A stretch of 60,061 nt of DNA from Candidatus Omnitrophota bacterium (GTDB taxonomy: Bacteria; Omnitrophota; Gorgyraeia; Tantalellales; Tantalellaceae). The notes under the pieces were generated by a model that ran no database searches, was not told the origin of the DNA, and worked only from the letters and a program-made list of their open reading frames with translations. Each line of letters starts with the position of its first letter. Within the stretch, counting starts at the first letter, position 1. The stretch lies in NCBI GenBank assembly GCA_016783605.1, contig JADHWG010000004.1, positions 1-60,061 of the forward strand, written 5' to 3'. This document shows positions 10,291-20,491 of the stretch, piece by piece. Both the position numbers and the translations under genes were made by a program.

Positions 10291-11199
10291 ATGACAGATC
10301 AAAATTCAAAAAAATTGTACGGGCTTTTGGGGCGGAACATAAGTTATTCTCTTTCGCCCGCCATGCATAACGCCGCGTTTAAGCATTTTGGGATTCCTGC
10401 GGAATACGTGATCTTTGACAAAAAACCTGAAGAGTTAAAAAGTTTTTTTGAAAACGAAGTTTTAACCGGGAAGATCAGCGGGTTGAATGTTACTGTGCCG
10501 TATAAGTTGGATGTTAAAAAAATATTGGATGAATATGGTGCGGAAGTAGAACCTTTGGCAAAATTGAGCGGCGCGGTTAATACCATAATGGTGGCTGATG
10601 GAAAGCTCAAAGGTTATAACACGGATGCTTCCGGTTTTTTGAAATCTTTAAATGAAGATGCGGGATATAGGTCTCAGCCTCATAACGGAAGCGTTTTTGT
10701 AATCGGTGCTGGTGGTGGAAGTCATGCGGTATGTTTTGTTTTAGCTTCTACGTATAGTGAACTTAAGAACATATACGTATATGATGAAAAAGAAACCCAA
10801 GCAGATATTTTGAAAGAGAATTTCCAGAATGCGCGAAAAGTATTTCCCCATATTCCAGATGTTTTGCGTATTGTTGAAGAGAATGAAAGAGAAGAAATAA
10901 TCAAAACCTGTAATTTGATCGCAAACACTACCCCTTGCGGTACAAACGTGGGAGATCCCATTCCGATTTCACCTGAATGGTTAAAACCGGGTATGACGGT
11001 ATATGATCTAGTTTACGCTCGGGAAACAGAACTTATTAAAGCGGCAAAAGAAAAAGGACTTAAGGCATCAGGTGGGCTTGGGATGTTGGTAATGCAGGGC
11101 GCGATGTCGTTTGGGCTTTGGACCGGGGAAAAAATTGAAGAAATAAAAAACATCATGAAACAAGCCGCGCTCGAGAAACTCGCAAACAAAAAGGCATAA
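10291..11199 (+). CDS. aroE: Shikimate dehydrogenase
   Basis: SLSPAMHN, NVTVPYK, GAVNT, NTDASG, GAGG, YDLVY, GLGMLVMQG. Confidence 0.93.
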   Translation: MTDQNSKKLYGLLGRNISYSLSPAMHNAAFKHFGIPAEYVIFDKKPEELKSFFENEVLTGKISGLNVTVPYKLDVKKILDEYGAEVEPLAKLSGAVNTIMVADGKLKGYNTDASGFLKSLNEDAGYRSQPHNGSVFVIGAGGGSHAVCFVLASTYSELKNIYVYDEKETQADILKENFQNARKVFPHIPDVLRIVEENEREEIIKTCNLIANTTPCGTNVGDPIPISPEWLKPGMTVYDLVYARETELIKAAKEKGLKASGGLGMLVMQGAMSFGLWTGEKIEEIKNIMKQAALEKLANKKA

Positions 11200-11964
11200 A
11201 TGGAAAAACTTGTTATCTTCATTTTTGGCGCTATAATCGGCAGTTTTCTGAATGTTTGTATTTATAGGCTTCCCTTAGGTAAATCCGTTGTCCGTCCGAG
11301 ATCTTTCTGTCCTTTCTGCGAAAAACCCATTTCCTGGTTTGATAACGTGCCTCTGGTAAGTTTTATAATCCTTTTAGGCAAATGCCGTGCGTGCAGGCGG
11401 TCGATATCGATAAGATATTTTTTGGTGGAACTTGTTACGGCATTAAGCGGTATTTTGCTTTTATCGTATTTCCCGCTCGGCGTTAAATTTTTTGTATATT
11501 GGATCTTTACGTGGAGTTTGATCGTAATCACTTTCATTGACATTGAACACCAGGAAATCCCGGACATTATCAGTCTTCCGGGGATAGTTCTCGGGCTTAT
11601 TTGTATGACGGTTTTCAAATTGGACGGGTCCCTGACACATGTGTGGTCGTTACTAAATTCCGCCTTAGGTGTTTTAGTCGGCGGAGGGATGATGTTTCTT
11701 TTGGGAGTGGTGGGAGAATTTATTTTTAAAAAGGAAGCGCTTGGCGGCGGGGATGTTAAGCTGATGGCGATGATGGGTGCTTTTCTCGGATGGAAACTGA
11801 TTATTTTAACGTTTTTCTTAGCGCCTTTTATGGGAGCCGGAGTAGGTCTATTTATGAAGATCCGGTTTAAAAAAGAGGTTATCCCATATGGTCCGTATCT
11901 TTCCGCCGGCGCGATAATAAGCTTGTTGTACGGACACGAAATATTGCGATATTTGTTTGGATAA
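11200..11964 (+). CDS. pilD: Type IV prepilin peptidase/N-methyltransferase
   Basis: GSFLNVCIYRLP, CxxC pairs, GGGDVKL, PYGPYL. Confidence 0.93.
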   Translation: MEKLVIFIFGAIIGSFLNVCIYRLPLGKSVVRPRSFCPFCEKPISWFDNVPLVSFIILLGKCRACRRSISIRYFLVELVTALSGILLLSYFPLGVKFFVYWIFTWSLIVITFIDIEHQEIPDIISLPGIVLGLICMTVFKLDGSLTHVWSLLNSALGVLVGGGMMFLLGVVGEFIFKKEALGGGDVKLMAMMGAFLGWKLIILTFFLAPFMGAGVGLFMKIRFKKEVIPYGPYLSAGAIISLLYGHEILRYLFG

Positions 11965-11973
11965 CGGTTGATC

Positions 11974-12077
11974 TGTTGCAGGTTACACGTTACACGTTTC
12001 ACGCCTTCCCGCCGAAGGCGGACCCGCCCTCGGCGGAAAAACCTGAAACCTGTAACCTGAAACCTGTAACCTGTAAC
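11974..12077. repeat. Heptamer arrays around a CCGCC palindrome
   Basis: Third copy of the 2084-2245 architecture. Confidence 0.75.
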
Positions 12078-12092
12078 CAAAAAGGAGTAGAT

Positions 12093-13238
12093 ATGCTCAG
12101 ATATATGACCGCGGGTGAATCTCATGGGGAAAGTTTGGTGGCGATTCTTGACGGTGTGCCGGCCGGTCTTAGGCTGGATTCGGGAGGAAAAGAAATTATC
12201 ACGCGTGAGCTTGCCAAAAGAATGCATGGATACGGAAGAGGCGGGCGTATGGAGATAGAAACTGCGGGTAATTTTAAGATCCTTTCAGGGATAAGGAATG
12301 AGGTCACCATAGGAAGCCCGATAGGGATAGAAATTCCCAATAAAGATTTTAAGATCGATTCACTGCCTGAGATCAAATCTCCTCGTCCCGGGCATGCGGA
12401 TCTGGCAGGTATGCAGAAATACGCCCTGAAAGAGGCAAGAAGTGTTCTGGAAAGGGCGAGCGCGCGTGAAACTGCCGCGAAAACCGCTTTGGGGGCGATT
12501 GCCAGAATTTTGCTTCTGGAGTTTGGAATAGAGGTCTTAAGTCACGTGACGATGATCGGATCCGTCAAGGCGAATACAAAACACCTTTCGTTCGATGAAA
12601 TATTGGAATTAAGCGACGTAAGCAAGTCGCCTGTACGGTGCGCGGATAAAAAAGCCGAGAAAAAGATGTGTAATGAAATAGACAAAGCAAAAAAACGAGG
12701 GGACACGCTCGGAGGTGTTTTTGAAGTTATCGCGCGCGCGGTGCCGCCGGGGCTCGGAAGTTATATTCAGTGGGACAGAAGGCTGGATGGAGAACTGGCG
12801 AGGCAGATCATGTCCATTCCCGCGGTGAAGGCGGTATCAATCGGCGAAGGGATCGAATGCGCGTCGCTTGCCGGTTCCAAAACACATGACCCGATCGGAT
12901 ATGACACGGAAAAGAAAAGTTTTAAAAGAGCCTTGAATAATGCCGGCGGTATCGAAGGCGGCATTTCAAACGGAGAACAAATAGTGGTGAAAGGATTTAT
13001 GAAACCTATCGCGACTCTTGCGAAGCCGTTGGCGTCGGTAAATGTTGATGATAAAAGTGAAAGTTTCGCGGTAACCGAACGAGCGGATGTATCGGCCGTT
13101 GCCGCTTGCGGAGTTATCGCGGAAGCGGCGATGAGTTTGACTCTCGCGTGGGCGTTTATGGATAAATTCGGTTCGGATTCTGTTCGAGAGATACGCCGGA
13201 ATTATGACGGATATACGGAACAACTCAAAAGTATGTGA
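12093..13238 (+). CDS. aroC: Chorismate synthase
   Basis: TAGESHG, PRPGHAD, ERASARETA, NNAGGIEGGISNG; SD AAGGAG before ATG 12093. Confidence 0.96.
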   Translation: MLRYMTAGESHGESLVAILDGVPAGLRLDSGGKEIITRELAKRMHGYGRGGRMEIETAGNFKILSGIRNEVTIGSPIGIEIPNKDFKIDSLPEIKSPRPGHADLAGMQKYALKEARSVLERASARETAAKTALGAIARILLLEFGIEVLSHVTMIGSVKANTKHLSFDEILELSDVSKSPVRCADKKAEKKMCNEIDKAKKRGDTLGGVFEVIARAVPPGLGSYIQWDRRLDGELARQIMSIPAVKAVSIGEGIECASLAGSKTHDPIGYDTEKKSFKRALNNAGGIEGGISNGEQIVVKGFMKPIATLAKPLASVNVDDKSESFAVTERADVSAVAACGVIAEAAMSLTLAWAFMDKFGSDSVREIRRNYDGYTEQLKSM

Positions 13239-13240
13239 TC

Positions 13241-13753
13241 ATGAAGAATATAATTGTTACGGGATTTATGGGAACGGGAAAAACGACTATCGCGAAAGTA
13301 CTCGCGAAAGAGCTTGGTAGAGTGTATGTGAGTATCGATGAGAGAATAGAAAAACGCGAGGGAGAGGCAATTACCGATATCTTTAAAAATAAAGGAGAAC
13401 CCTATTTCAGAAAGCTTGAAAAAGAGATCATAGAAATCATTTCGAAAAAGACCGGACAGGTGATAGATACCGGAGGCGGAGCTATTTTGAACGAGGAAAA
13501 CAGGATTAATTTAAAGAAAAACGGCATAATAATCTGTTTTTGGTCGGAGCCTCGCGTGATATTTGAGAGAACAAAAAAATATGTTCACCGACCGCTTTTA
13601 AACGTGGAAAATCCCGAAGAGAGAATCAAAGAACTTTTAGAAATGCGTCGAGCGCGTTACGAAAAAGCGGATTTTCATATAGATACAACCGATTTTGATA
13701 TGGACGGTATTATCAAAAAAATAAACGAGATAATGAAAAAGCAAAAAGATTAA
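13241..13753 (+). CDS. aroK: Shikimate kinase
   Basis: GFMGTGKT, GEPYFR, TGGG, RPLL. Confidence 0.95.
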   Translation: MKNIIVTGFMGTGKTTIAKVLAKELGRVYVSIDERIEKREGEAITDIFKNKGEPYFRKLEKEIIEIISKKTGQVIDTGGGAILNEENRINLKKNGIIICFWSEPRVIFERTKKYVHRPLLNVENPEERIKELLEMRRARYEKADFHIDTTDFDMDGIIKKINEIMKKQKD

Positions 13754-13870
13754 GCGTAAGCCGTAACAACCTCGTAGGTTCAACCTCGTAGGTTGAACCT
13801 ACGAGGTTGAATGGAAGGTGAGCTCTGTGCCATGTACCGTGTAAGATAAATCAGGAAAGTGAGGGGGAAA

Positions 13871-14902
13871 ATGGGGCGAGCGGGGAAAAGGTCGGATAAA
13901 ATTAATGTCAATGACAAAAATACCGTGTTGTGGGCGCTGTTTTTTGAGAAGCTGCTGCAGAATGTTACGGCTTCCGTTATGGTTACCGATGACGCGGGAA
14001 AAGTTATATTTGTGAATGAAAATTATCTAAATTTTTTTCGTTTTGATGAGAAAGATATCGTAGGGAAAAGCTGGATCGATGTAATAATTCCTCAAGATCA
14101 ACGTCCGAAAGTTGAAAAGATATTTAATGACATAAAAAAAAGAAAAATGCTCGGCAAGTTCAACACTCCCGTGAACGGAAAGAAGAAAACTGACGATTAT
14201 TTGTGCTGGATCGCGATACCTTTGGAAAAAAAGAGAACCATGCTGTATACGTTTATCGGAAAAAAAGGAGACGGCGCGGACAAACGGATGGTTAAAGTTT
14301 TTGACAACACAAAAGTAATGCTTAATACGGCGTATGCTGAAGTTGTTGAAACGATCTTTTCGGCGGCGGAAAAAAGCGAACCGGGAACGGCGAAACACGC
14401 GGTTCGTGTAATGTTTTTCGCCGTAACTTTGGCAAAAAAACTGAAGATAAAAAAAGACGGGATAGAACGTCTTAAAGTGGCTTCTCTTCTTCATGATCTT
14501 GGTAAATTGGCGTTGGATGACAGGATTTTGTTAAAAAAAGGAAAATTGGATGAGGAGGAGTTTAGAGAGATAAAAAAACATCCGATTGTGGGATCGGAAA
14601 TAGTGAGTCTTGTTTATTTTTTAAAGGATATAATCCCGATCATGGCCAACCATCATGAAAATTATGACGGGTCAGGGTATCCTGAAGGTATAAAAGGGGC
14701 GGATATTCCGCTGGAAGCCAGAGTGCTCGGTATCGCGGATATCTATGAAGCGTTAACGGCGGATCGTCCTTATCGCAGAGGATTTTCTCGGGATGACGCG
14801 GTCGATATTATGAATGGCGAAAAGGGCAAAAAGCTCGATCCGAAGATTACGGATATTTTTCTTGAGATGGTACGAAACGGTGAGATCGAGGAGGTTGTGT
14901 GA
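13871..14902 (+). CDS. PAS-domain HD-GYP cyclic di-GMP phosphodiesterase
   Basis: N-terminal PAS-like region; LHDLGK, HHENYDGSGYPEG, ADIYEALT, RPYR. Confidence 0.88.
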   Translation: MGRAGKRSDKINVNDKNTVLWALFFEKLLQNVTASVMVTDDAGKVIFVNENYLNFFRFDEKDIVGKSWIDVIIPQDQRPKVEKIFNDIKKRKMLGKFNTPVNGKKKTDDYLCWIAIPLEKKRTMLYTFIGKKGDGADKRMVKVFDNTKVMLNTAYAEVVETIFSAAEKSEPGTAKHAVRVMFFAVTLAKKLKIKKDGIERLKVASLLHDLGKLALDDRILLKKGKLDEEEFREIKKHPIVGSEIVSLVYFLKDIIPIMANHHENYDGSGYPEGIKGADIPLEARVLGIADIYEALTADRPYRRGFSRDDAVDIMNGEKGKKLDPKITDIFLEMVRNGEIEEVV

Positions 14903-16017
14903 CGAGTGTTCCCGCGCGCGATATGATAGCGCTTAACCTTATACCGGGACTTTCTCCGCGGGTGATCAAGCGTCTTCTCGAAAGTGTCGCGAAGCCCGAT
15001 GAAATATTTCGGATGACGGAAAGTGAAATAAGAAAAATTGTTCTAAAACCCGCAGGTCTTGCGGCGAAAATACGCGGCGCGAAATTGACATCCGAATATA
15101 AAGAAGAACTCGCGTATATGCGCGAGAACAATATAGAAGCAATTTGCGTTAAAGATGAGTCTTATCCGGAAAATTTAAAGAATATATACGATCCGCCGGC
15201 TGTTCTTTATTCGCGAGGCGCGTTAACCGGAGTCGGCGAGAACGCTGTCGCGATGGTGGGAGCCAGAAGATGTTCGGCTTATGGACTTCAGATGGCTGAA
15301 CGCATCGCGTTCGATCTGGCAAAAGAAGGAATAACGGTTGCCAGCGGTATGGCCAGAGGAATAGATACGGCCGCGCATAAAGGCGTGGTTAAAGCCGGAG
15401 GGAAAACTATCGCGGTAATGGGCAGTGGTTTCAAGCACATATATCCTCCGGAAGCGAAATCTTTAATTCCCGCCATCGCGGAAAAAGGTGCCGTTATTAC
15501 CGAATATGCGTCCGGGACGATCCCGTTTAAAGGGAATTTTCCGCGGCGAAACAGGATCATAAGCGGAATGGTTAGGGCGGTTATAGTTGTTGAAGCGGCG
15601 GTTAGGAGCGGCGCGATGATAACCGCGAATTTCGCGCTTTCCGAAGGCCGGGACGTGTTTGCCGTTCCGGGGCGAGCTGATTTTTATTCGTCAAAGGGAT
15701 CAAATATGCTGATACAGAAGGGCGCCGCTTTGGTGATGAGCGCGGACGATGTGCTTAAAGAGTTGAATGTTGAAAACGGTAAAACTAAAAATGATGTCGT
15801 CTCAAATGTTTCTCCGCGCTTGGGTTCGAGGAAAGAATATGGCGGAATGATAGAACTTCTTAAAACGGAGTCCCCGGTGCATATTGACCGAATTTCCGAA
15901 GAAACCGGGATAGAACTAAAAAATTTATCGGCGGTACTTCTGTCTTTACAGATCAGAGGCACAATAAAGGAACTGCCGGGGAAGAATTATATATTGGCAA
16001 ACCAAAAAGGAAAGTGA
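14899..16017 (+). CDS. dprA: DNA-processing protein DprA
   Basis: YPENLKNIYDPP, SGMARGIDTAAH, FPRRNRIISG; upstream of topA. Confidence 0.95.
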   Translation: MTSVPARDMIALNLIPGLSPRVIKRLLESVAKPDEIFRMTESEIRKIVLKPAGLAAKIRGAKLTSEYKEELAYMRENNIEAICVKDESYPENLKNIYDPPAVLYSRGALTGVGENAVAMVGARRCSAYGLQMAERIAFDLAKEGITVASGMARGIDTAAHKGVVKAGGKTIAVMGSGFKHIYPPEAKSLIPAIAEKGAVITEYASGTIPFKGNFPRRNRIISGMVRAVIVVEAAVRSGAMITANFALSEGRDVFAVPGRADFYSSKGSNMLIQKGAALVMSADDVLKELNVENGKTKNDVVSNVSPRLGSRKEYGGMIELLKTESPVHIDRISEETGIELKNLSAVLLSLQIRGTIKELPGKNYILANQKGK

Positions 16018-16024
16018 AACTTTT

Positions 16025-18109
16025 ATGGCTGAGAAAAAGAAATCAAAAAAATCACCCGTTAGAAAAACGGGCGCCTCGCAGGCGAAATATTTGGTGATAG
16101 TTGAGTCTCCGGCGAAATCTAAAACCATAAACAAAATATTGGGCAAGGATTATAACGTGCTTGCGAGTATGGGGCATATTATCGATCTGCCGGTAGATAA
16201 AATGGGGATAGATTTCGACAATGATTTTAAACCCGAATATCGCGTCTTGAAGGGCAGGAAAAAATATCTGACGAGTCTTAAAAAAGAAGCAAAAACGTCT
16301 ACCGCGATATATCTCGCGGCGGACCCTGACCGTGAAGGTGAAGCGATCTGCTGGCATCTTAAGAATCAGCTTGAGAACAAAAAGATAAAAGTGTTCAGAG
16401 TGAGTTTTGAAGAGATAACCGCTAAAGCCGTTAAAGCCGCGTTCGATCATCCCGGCGAGCTTGATATGAACAAAATATACGCTCAGCAGGCGCGTAGAGT
16501 TTTGGACCGGATAGTCGGATATTCTTTAAGTCCGCTTTTATGGAAAAAGATCACAAGGGGCTTAAGTGCCGGAAGAGTACAATCGGTAGCGGTTATGCTT
16601 ATAGTAAGAAGAGAAGAAGAGATCAAGAAGTTTAATGCCCAAGAATATTGGAGTCTTGACGCGCTTCTTCGAAAACAGAAAGCTTTGCCGCCGGAAGAGG
16701 CGGCATCGAATGAATTTAAAGCGCGTCTGATGAAACATAAAGGCGAAAAAGTAGACGTTAAAAGTGAAGATGAAGCGAAAAAAATGATTTCTGAGATCGA
16801 GCGGGAAAAGTTTATTGTTCGTTCCATAAAACGGCGTGACAAAAAAAGTTATCCCCGCGCGCCGTACACAACTTCGTCTCTCCAGCAGGACGCGTTCAAC
16901 CGATTGAATTTTTCGGTAAACAAAACCATGCGGATAGCCCAGAGTCTTTATGAAGGTGTGGAACTGGGCGGGGAAGGAAGTGAGGGGCTCATAACGTATA
17001 TGCGTACGGATTCGGTTAACGTATCGAATGACGCGATCGAATCGGCGCAGAAATACATATTGAAAACATTCGGCGAAAAATATTGTCCGAAGAAACCGCC
17101 GCAGTATAGATCCAAGAAGAGAGCGCAGGAAGCGCATGAAGCGATCCGGCCTACATTGCCGCTTCGCCCGCCGGAGGAAATTAGTTCTTATCTCCCGCCG
17201 GACGAATTTAAGTTGTATAGGCTCATATGGAAAAAGTTTATTGCCAGCCGTATGGAAAATGCTCTTTTTTCGGTTTTGACGGTAATGATAGATGCCGGGG
17301 ATTATGTGTTCCGCGCCGGCGGAAGCCGGGTTATTTTTGACGGGTTCTTAAAGGTGTATAGAGACACCAAGGGCGATGAAAATACCGATACCAACATTCC
17401 TCCGCTTGAAGAAGGGGAACCTTTGGACCTTAAGGAAATGTTTCCTGAACAACATTTTACGAAACCGCCTCCGAGGTATTCGGACGCGTCTTTAGTTAAA
17501 GCTTTGGAAGAAAAAGGGATCGGCCGGCCTTCAACGTACGCACCGACAATAAGAACCGTAATAACTCGCAACTACATAAAACGTATGGGTAAAACTCTGC
17601 GGCCGACGGAACTTGGCGAATTGGTTAACGGTCTTCTAATGGAAAATTTTCCGGATATCGTTGATGAAGAGTTTACCGCGAAAATGGAAGAGGAATTGGA
17701 TAATATCGAGGATGGGAAAACGGAGTGGGTTTCAGTTCTCAAAAAGTTCTATAAGCCTTTCGAGAAAAAACTTGAAGAGGCTAAAGAAAAAATGAAAAGC
17801 GTTAAACGCCAAGCTGTTAAAACTGACGAAGTGTGTGAAGATTGCGGCAAACCCATGGTTATAAAATGGGGTCGAAGAGGACGATTTTTAAGCTGTTCGG
17901 ATTTTCCAACCTGCCGAAACGCCAAATCCATAACGACCGGCGTCAAGTGTCCGGAAGAAAATTGTGACGGAGAACTTGTTGAACGCAAGTCTTCCAGAGG
18001 CATGTTCTACGGATGTACGAAATATCCCAAATGTACGCATACCACAAGAAAGCTTCCGCCTCAAGAAAACGCGTCCGGGGAAAAAGAAGAATCCGTCGAA
18101 GAGGAGTGA
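16025..18109 (+). CDS. topA: DNA topoisomerase I
   Basis: IVESPAK, DPDREGEAI, SAGRVQS, ITYMRTDS, C-terminal Zn ribbons. Confidence 0.97.
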   Translation: MAEKKKSKKSPVRKTGASQAKYLVIVESPAKSKTINKILGKDYNVLASMGHIIDLPVDKMGIDFDNDFKPEYRVLKGRKKYLTSLKKEAKTSTAIYLAADPDREGEAICWHLKNQLENKKIKVFRVSFEEITAKAVKAAFDHPGELDMNKIYAQQARRVLDRIVGYSLSPLLWKKITRGLSAGRVQSVAVMLIVRREEEIKKFNAQEYWSLDALLRKQKALPPEEAASNEFKARLMKHKGEKVDVKSEDEAKKMISEIEREKFIVRSIKRRDKKSYPRAPYTTSSLQQDAFNRLNFSVNKTMRIAQSLYEGVELGGEGSEGLITYMRTDSVNVSNDAIESAQKYILKTFGEKYCPKKPPQYRSKKRAQEAHEAIRPTLPLRPPEEISSYLPPDEFKLYRLIWKKFIASRMENALFSVLTVMIDAGDYVFRAGGSRVIFDGFLKVYRDTKGDENTDTNIPPLEEGEPLDLKEMFPEQHFTKPPPRYSDASLVKALEEKGIGRPSTYAPTIRTVITRNYIKRMGKTLRPTELGELVNGLLMENFPDIVDEEFTAKMEEELDNIEDGKTEWVSVLKKFYKPFEKKLEEAKEKMKSVKRQAVKTDEVCEDCGKPMVIKWGRRGRFLSCSDFPTCRNAKSITTGVKCPEENCDGELVERKSSRGMFYGCTKYPKCTHTTRKLPPQENASGEKEESVEEE

Positions 18110-18116
18110 TCCCCGG

Positions 18117-18989
18117 ATGAAGCGTTTTATGGAAAAGTTTGAAAGGTATCTTGACGTAGAGAAGAACTATTCGGTGCATACCTTGAGAAGTTATAAAGCT
18201 GATCTTTTAGCCTTCGCGGAGTTTGTCAAAGACAGACCTCCAAAAGATATTACGCGCGGCGACGTAAGACGATTTGTGGCGGAACTGAAATCCGGAGGTG
18301 TTTCAAAACGTACGGTTGTAAGAAAAATTGCCGCTATTCGATCTTTTTTTAAGTTTCTTTTTAGAGAGGGTCATATTGAGAGCAATCCGGCGGGAAGCAT
18401 ATTCACTCCGAAATTGGAAAAAAGACTTCCGGAATTTTTAGATTGCGAACAAACGCTTAAATTGATCACCTCTCCCGTAACCGATAGTTTTTGGGGACTT
18501 CGAGACAGGGCGATCTTGGAAGTTTTGTATTCTACGGGGATGAGGGTGAGTGAAGTGGCTTCGCTCGAGATGGAAAATATCGATCTTATTGCCGGAGTGG
18601 TTAAAGCCAGAGGTAAGGGTAAAAAAGAAAGAATGGCTTTACTGGGAGTTGAAGCTCAAAAAAACCTCAGAAAATATTTGACCGAAGCGAAAGAAATACG
18701 AAAAAACGATACAAGAGCAGTATTTCTTAATAAGTTCGGATCAAGACTTTCGGATAGAGGCATTAGGCGTCTTGTAGAAAAATATGTCAAAAAATGCAGT
18801 ATTAAACAAAATATTTCACCGCATTCTATTCGGCATTCTTTCGCCACGCATTTAATAAATAATGGCGCGGATCTTAGAAGCGTGCAGGAACTTTTGGGAC
18901 ATAAAAATCTCTCAACAACGCAAATATATACGCATCTCGGATCCGAACGAATAAGAAAAATGTATTCCAAGGCGCATCCGAGAGCATAG
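18117..18989 (+). CDS. xerC: Tyrosine recombinase XerC
   Basis: RDRAILEVLYSTGMRVSE, HSIRHSFATH, LGHKNLSTTQIYTH; dprA-topA-xerC synteny. Confidence 0.88.
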   Translation: MKRFMEKFERYLDVEKNYSVHTLRSYKADLLAFAEFVKDRPPKDITRGDVRRFVAELKSGGVSKRTVVRKIAAIRSFFKFLFREGHIESNPAGSIFTPKLEKRLPEFLDCEQTLKLITSPVTDSFWGLRDRAILEVLYSTGMRVSEVASLEMENIDLIAGVVKARGKGKKERMALLGVEAQKNLRKYLTEAKEIRKNDTRAVFLNKFGSRLSDRGIRRLVEKYVKKCSIKQNISPHSIRHSFATHLINNGADLRSVQELLGHKNLSTTQIYTHLGSERIRKMYSKAHPRA

Positions 18990-19040
18990 AACGCGCCAAT
19001 CCGTAGGGGCACATTGCATGTGCCCCATATTCCTACACAA

Positions 19041-19092
19041 TTGTCATCCTCGCGCTTGTCCGGCTTTGCCGGGAACGCGGGGATCTATAGCA
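19041..19092. repeat. GTCATCCTCGCG / GGATTCCCGC-type palindromic repeat
   Basis: Exact reverse complement at 53289-53340; family members at 26823, 37572, 39969-40160 and 47277-47400. Confidence 0.8.
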
Positions 19093-19111
19093 TGAATGTG
19101 GAAGAACTAGA

Positions 19112-20386
19112 ATGAGAATTTTATACGACATAGCTTTTATTGTTTTCGGGATCATTTATTTTCCGTATTTGGTGGTTAAGGGAAAGATGCATAAAAATTT
19201 TATGCAGAAATTCGCTTTTCTTCCGAAAAAGATAATAAATTTGGAAAAACCGGTTTGGATACACGGAGTAAGTGTGGGGGAAGCGGTTTTGGCGGTTAAA
19301 CTTGCCAGCGCCGTGAAAGAGAAATTTCCCGACCGGCGAATAGTTGTTTCAACCACTACCGAAACCGGGATGGATATAATTTCTCGGCAAGGGAAAGGTG
19401 TTATAGACGGAGTGTTTTATTATCCGTTCGATTTGAGCGTGGTTGTGAACCGCGCCGTGCGTCTTATAGACCCCGAGGCATATATCATGGTCGAAACGGA
19501 GATATGGCCTAATCTTTTGGGGGCTCTGGCGAAAAGAAACATTCCGGCCATTATCGTTAACGGAAGAATATCGGACAATTCGTTTAAAAATTACCGGAAA
19601 ATAAAGTTCGTTACGCGCCGCATTTTCAGGAACATAACTTGTTTCTGTATGCAGTCGGAGCGTGACGTTCGGAGAATTAAAGAACTCGGCGCGGACGCGG
19701 ACGCGACGTGTGTAAACGGAAATATGAAATTTGACGGCAAGGCGCCGCGTCTTGAAGAAAAAGAACTTTCCCGGGGTAAGCTTGGATTTAACGACGAAAG
19801 GCGCGTTTTGGTCGCCGGAAGCACTCATTTTCCTGAGGAACAAATGATCGTTGACATATATAAAGATCTAAAGCGAAATAATCGAAATTTACGGGTTGTT
19901 TTGGTTCCCAGGCACGTTAAGAGGTGCTCTTCCGTAAGCGCGATGATAGAAAAAAACGGTTTAAAGACGCGCAAATTTTCCGATTGTCTTAGTGAAAACG
20001 CGCCTTTTTCGGAAGACATGGACGTGCTTTTGGTGGATACGATAGGGCATCTTAAGGATATCTACGCTGTCGCGGATGTTGTTTTTATTGGCGGAAGCTT
20101 GGCCTCAAAAGGCGGACAAAATCCGATAGAGCCCGCCATGTGGGGCAAACCCGTTATTTTCGGACCGGAAATGTTCAATTTCAGAAAAGTCGCGGATATC
20201 TTTATTGAAAATTCAGCGGCAATTTGTGTGAAGAACTCCGGTGAACTGAAAAATACGATAGAGACATTACTAAAAGATCCCGATAAAAGGACAAAAATAG
20301 CAAAAAACGCGCTCAAGGTTATTAGCGACAATTCAGGAGCGGTGGAAAGAACGGTCGAAGAATTGAGCAAATACATAATCGGTTGA
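19112..20386 (+). CDS. waaA: Kdo transferase
   Basis: WIHGVSVGE, ETEIWPN, NGRISD, GSTH, GGQNPIEPA. Confidence 0.95.
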   Translation: MRILYDIAFIVFGIIYFPYLVVKGKMHKNFMQKFAFLPKKIINLEKPVWIHGVSVGEAVLAVKLASAVKEKFPDRRIVVSTTTETGMDIISRQGKGVIDGVFYYPFDLSVVVNRAVRLIDPEAYIMVETEIWPNLLGALAKRNIPAIIVNGRISDNSFKNYRKIKFVTRRIFRNITCFCMQSERDVRRIKELGADADATCVNGNMKFDGKAPRLEEKELSRGKLGFNDERRVLVAGSTHFPEEQMIVDIYKDLKRNNRNLRVVLVPRHVKRCSSVSAMIEKNGLKTRKFSDCLSENAPFSEDMDVLLVDTIGHLKDIYAVADVVFIGGSLASKGGQNPIEPAMWGKPVIFGPEMFNFRKVADIFIENSAAICVKNSGELKNTIETLLKDPDKRTKIAKNALKVISDNSGAVERTVEELSKYIIG

Positions 20387-20440
20387 TCGGTGTGTAGAGT
20401 GCTCAAGCCAAGCCTGTAAGGGGAAAAATAAGAGTGGAAC

Positions 20441-20477
20441 TTGACATTGTATCCAAAATTGACTACAATTGTAGTCA
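20441..20477 (+). promoter_or_regulatory. Sigma70 promoter with overlapping palindromic operator for the MNT-HEPN module
   Basis: TTGACA-17-TACAAT; perfect 18-bp palindrome TGACTACAATTGTAGTCA (20460-20477) covers the -10 element. Confidence 0.75.
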
Positions 20478-20491
20478 GGAAGGATAACAAT

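Noticed and set aside
18117-18989. Tyrosine recombinase as a prophage or island integrase
   Set aside because: dprA-topA-xerC context, no IntI insert and no phage genes.
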